Source: Dickeya dadantii NCPPB 898 (lineage in GTDB: Bacteria > Pseudomonadota > Gammaproteobacteria > Enterobacterales > Enterobacteriaceae). From it: 32,000 nucleotides of DNA. The notes beneath the pieces were generated by a model. That model saw only the letters and a list, made by a program, of their open reading frames with translations. It did no database searches and had not been told where the DNA came from. The position numbers and the translations under genes are program-made. The stretch is from contig NZ_CM001976.1 in the NCBI RefSeq assembly GCF_000406145.1, positions 4,302,380 through 4,334,379 of the forward strand. The letters run 5' to 3'. The first letter of the stretch is position 1; every line of letters begins with the position of its first letter. Positions 29,737 through 32,000 of the stretch are shown one piece after another.

Positions 29737-29855
29737 GAAACGACAATCCTTTAACGGAAGGGACGTCACAACCTAGCAGCGCGGTGTGATGCAGACAAGC
29801 TTTTCACCGTGCCGCAACGGCTATCACGGCACCTTTTCATCATGGCTTTCTGGTT

Positions 29856-30854
29856 ATGAATAATTCTTCTCAGCGTGGCACGTGTTTTCAGCCTTTACCG
29901 GGCGTGCGCAACCCGCACCTGCAGACCTTGCTGCCGCGGTTGCTTCGCCGCCATCCGGCCCTGAAGCCGGTGTGGCAGAAACTGACTATGCCGGACGGGG
30001 ATTTTGTCGATCTCGCCTGGAGCGAAGCGCCGACTCAGGCGCAGCACAAACCTCGCGTGGTGCTGTTTCATGGGCTGGAGGGCAGTTTTCACAGTCCTTA
30101 CGCCCACGGGTTGATGGCCGCCTGTCAGCGGCGCGGCTGGCTGGCGGTGGTGATGCACTTTCGCGGTTGCGGCGGACAACCCAACCGTCTGCCGCGCGCT
30201 TATCACGCCGGCGAAACCGAGGACGCTCGCTATTTCCTGCACTGGCTGAACCAGACGCTGGGTGCCGCCCCCACCGCGGCGGTCGGAGTATCGCTGGGCG
30301 GCAACATGCTGGCCTGCCTGCTGAGCCGTCAGGACGCGCCCGGCACGCTGAACGCCGCGGCGATCGTCTCCGCGCCGCTGATGCTGGAGCCTTGCAGCCG
30401 CCGTCTGGAGCACGGGTTTTCCCGCGTGTACCAATCGTATCTGCTTAATCTGCTGCGCCGCAGCGCTTTGCGCAAGCTTTCCGTCTACCCCGATTGCCTG
30501 CCCGTTTCCGCCGCGAGGCTACGACAAGTACGCCGCCTGAGAGAATTTGATGATCTGATCACCGCCCAGCTACATGGCTTTACCGATGCAACGGAGTATT
30601 ACCGGCGCAGCAGCGCGCTGCCGCAGTTGTCGCACATCCGCCAGCCGTTGCTGATCATTCAGGCCAAAGACGATCCGTTCATGACGCCGGCCGTGATCCC
30701 CGATATATCGCAACTGCCGGCCAACATCGACTATCAACTGACGGAATGCGGCGGCCATGTCGGTTTTGTCGGCGGATCGTGGCGCAAACCCGAACTGTGG
30801 CTGGAACACCGTATTCCCGACTGGTTTACCCCTTATCTGGAGCAGAACGCATGA
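29856..30854 (+). CDS. yheT: Alpha/beta-fold hydrolase YheT
   Basis: The blocks [11 protein letters not shown]...[13 protein letters not shown]...[19 protein letters not shown]...[11 protein letters not shown]...[14 protein letters not shown]...AKDDPFM...GGHVGF are collinear with E. coli YheT. The nucleophile motif is GxSxG (GVSLGG). Confidence 0.9.
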   Translation: MNNSSQRGTCFQPLPGVRNPHLQTLLPRLLRRHPALKPVWQKLTMPDGDFVDLAWSEAPTQAQHKPRVVLFHGLEGSFHSPYAHGLMAACQRRGWLAVVMHFRGCGGQPNRLPRAYHAGETEDARYFLHWLNQTLGAAPTAAVGVSLGGNMLACLLSRQDAPGTLNAAAIVSAPLMLEPCSRRLEHGFSRVYQSYLLNLLRRSALRKLSVYPDCLPVSAARLRQVRRLREFDDLITAQLHGFTDATEYYRRSSALPQLSHIRQPLLIIQAKDDPFMTPAVIPDISQLPANIDYQLTECGGHVGFVGGSWRKPELWLEHRIPDWFTPYLEQNA

Positions 30855-31087
30855 TCATTCCCTGGCAAGAACTGGCGACGGAAACGCTGCAAAATCTGAT
30901 TGAATCGTTCGTCCTGCGCGAAGGGACCGACTACGGCGAGCAGGAGCGAACGCTGGAAGAAAAAGTGGCTGATATACGCCAGCAACTGGCGCAGGGCGAC
31001 GTGGTACTGGTGTGGTCGGAACTGCATGAAACCGTCAATATCATGCCCCGCAACCAGCTCAGCAGCGGTGAACGGTATCAGCCCTGA
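30851..31087 (+). CDS. yheU: YheU family protein (UPF0270)
   Basis: The translation [46 protein letters not shown]...[18 protein letters not shown] is collinear with E. coli YheU. Its start overlaps the yheT stop (ATGA at 30851-54). Confidence 0.88.
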   Translation: MIIPWQELATETLQNLIESFVLREGTDYGEQERTLEEKVADIRQQLAQGDVVLVWSELHETVNIMPRNQLSSGERYQP

Positions 31088-31213
31088 ATCAATCGCTTAA
31101 AAACGTAAATTGGCGTGTCACCACGGTATAAACATGCTAACAATTATCAGATATCTCTGACCGGAGTTGGCGCCGTTCACCAGAGGTTGCCCCATTCACC
31201 GGAGGTTACACTC

Positions 31214-32000
31214 ATGTCGCACCAGCATCCGATTATCGCGGTCACCGGCTCCAGCGGTGCGGGGACCACCACCACCAGCCTGGCGTTTCGCAAGATTTTC
31301 CAACAACTGAACCTTCGCGCCGCGCTGGTGGACGGCGACAGCTATCACCGCTATACCCGGCCGGAAATGGACATGGCGATCCGCAAAGCGCGGGATCTGG
31401 GGCGCCACATCAGCTATTTCGGGCCGGAAGCGAACGATTTCTGCCAGTTGGAACACACCTTTATCGAATATGGCCTCAGCGGCACCGGCCAGACCCGCAA
31501 ATACCTACACACCTACGACGAGGCGATTCCCTACAATCAGGTGCCCGGCACCTTCACCCCCTGGGAGCCGATGCCGGAACCGACCGACCTGTTGTTTTAC
31601 GAGGGGCTGCACGGCGGCGTGGTCACCGACCAGCACGATGTGGCGCAGCATGTCGACCTGCTGGTCGGCGTGGTGCCGATCGTCAACCTGGAGTGGATTC
31701 AGAAGCTGGTGCGCGATATCAACGAGCGCGGTCACTCCCGCGAGGCGGTAATGGATTCCGTCGTGCGTTCGATGGAGGATTACATCACCCACATCACCCC
31801 GCAGTTTTCCCGCACCCACATCAACTTTCAGCGCGTGCCGACGGTGGATACCTCTAACCCGTTCGCCGCCAAAGCCATTCCGTCAATGGACGAAAGTTTC
31901 GTGGTGATTCATTTTCAGGGGCTGGACCACATTGACTACCCTTACCTGCTGGCGATGTTGCAGGGCTCGTTCATTTCCCACATCAACACGCTGGTGGTGC
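31214..32000 (+). CDS. prkB: Phosphoribulokinase homologue PrkB, N-terminal ~262 codons; the 3' end lies beyond the window
   Basis: The ATG at 31214 follows GGAGGT. The translation MSHQHPIIAVTGSSGAGTTTTSLAFRKIFQQLNL...YHRYTRPEMDMAIRKAR...GPEANDF continues open to the window end. It is absent from the ORF track because it runs off the edge. Confidence 0.93.
   Translation, partial: MSHQHPIIAVTGSSGAGTTTTSLAFRKIFQQLNLRAALVDGDSYHRYTRPEMDMAIRKARDLGRHISYFGPEANDFCQLEHTFIEYGLSGTGQTRKYLHTYDEAIPYNQVPGTFTPWEPMPEPTDLLFYEGLHGGVVTDQHDVAQHVDLLVGVVPIVNLEWIQKLVRDINERGHSREAVMDSVVRSMEDYITHITPQFSRTHINFQRVPTVDTSNPFAAKAIPSMDESFVVIHFQGLDHIDYPYLLAMLQGSFISHINTLVV

Overview
This is an enterobacterial chromosomal segment of roughly 56-57% GC, judged by eye. 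Protein sequences and gene content fit a soft-rot Pectobacteriaceae genome of the Dickeya or Brenneria type, but that is inference only.

The backbone is the conserved str-operon-to-prkB region:
- tufA (partial), fusA, rpsG and rpsL
- tusB, tusC, tusD and yheO
- fkpA, slyX, slyD and yheV
- kefB, kefG, yheS, yheT, yheU and prkB (partial)

Compared with the E. coli K-12 order as I remember it, three accessory blocks interrupt this backbone:
1. About 5.7-15.4 kb, between yheO and fkpA. It holds eptA-pmrA-pmrB with a PmrA box, and a MocR-controlled five-gene operon: a signal-less NMT1/PhtD-like protein, a YbeM/Nit1-like C-N hydrolase and a polar-amino-acid ABC importer.
2. About 16.75-23.6 kb, between slyX and slyD. 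It holds an AraC regulator, an APH-fold kinase, an ethanolamine permease, a CPBP protease and a Tat-signal bicupin oxalate-decarboxylase homologue.
3. About 29.1-29.8 kb, between yheS and yheT. It holds one LysE/EamB-like exporter.

I found no rRNA or tRNA genes, CRISPR arrays, transposases, integrases, or recognisable defence or toxin-antitoxin genes. I cannot point to a clearly novel system. The best candidates for undescribed biology are:
- the MocR / PhtD-like / Nit / ABC operon
- the AraC-kinase-eat module, with an unusual tandem 17-bp array in the eat promoter
- the CPBP gene bracketed by two sibling hairpins, next to an orphan terminator and an AT-rich tract

Several ORF-track models carry spurious N-terminal extensions. 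I trimmed them using remembered homologue N-termini, Shine-Dalgarno motifs and stop/start overlaps. All homology statements come from reading the translations, not from database searches.
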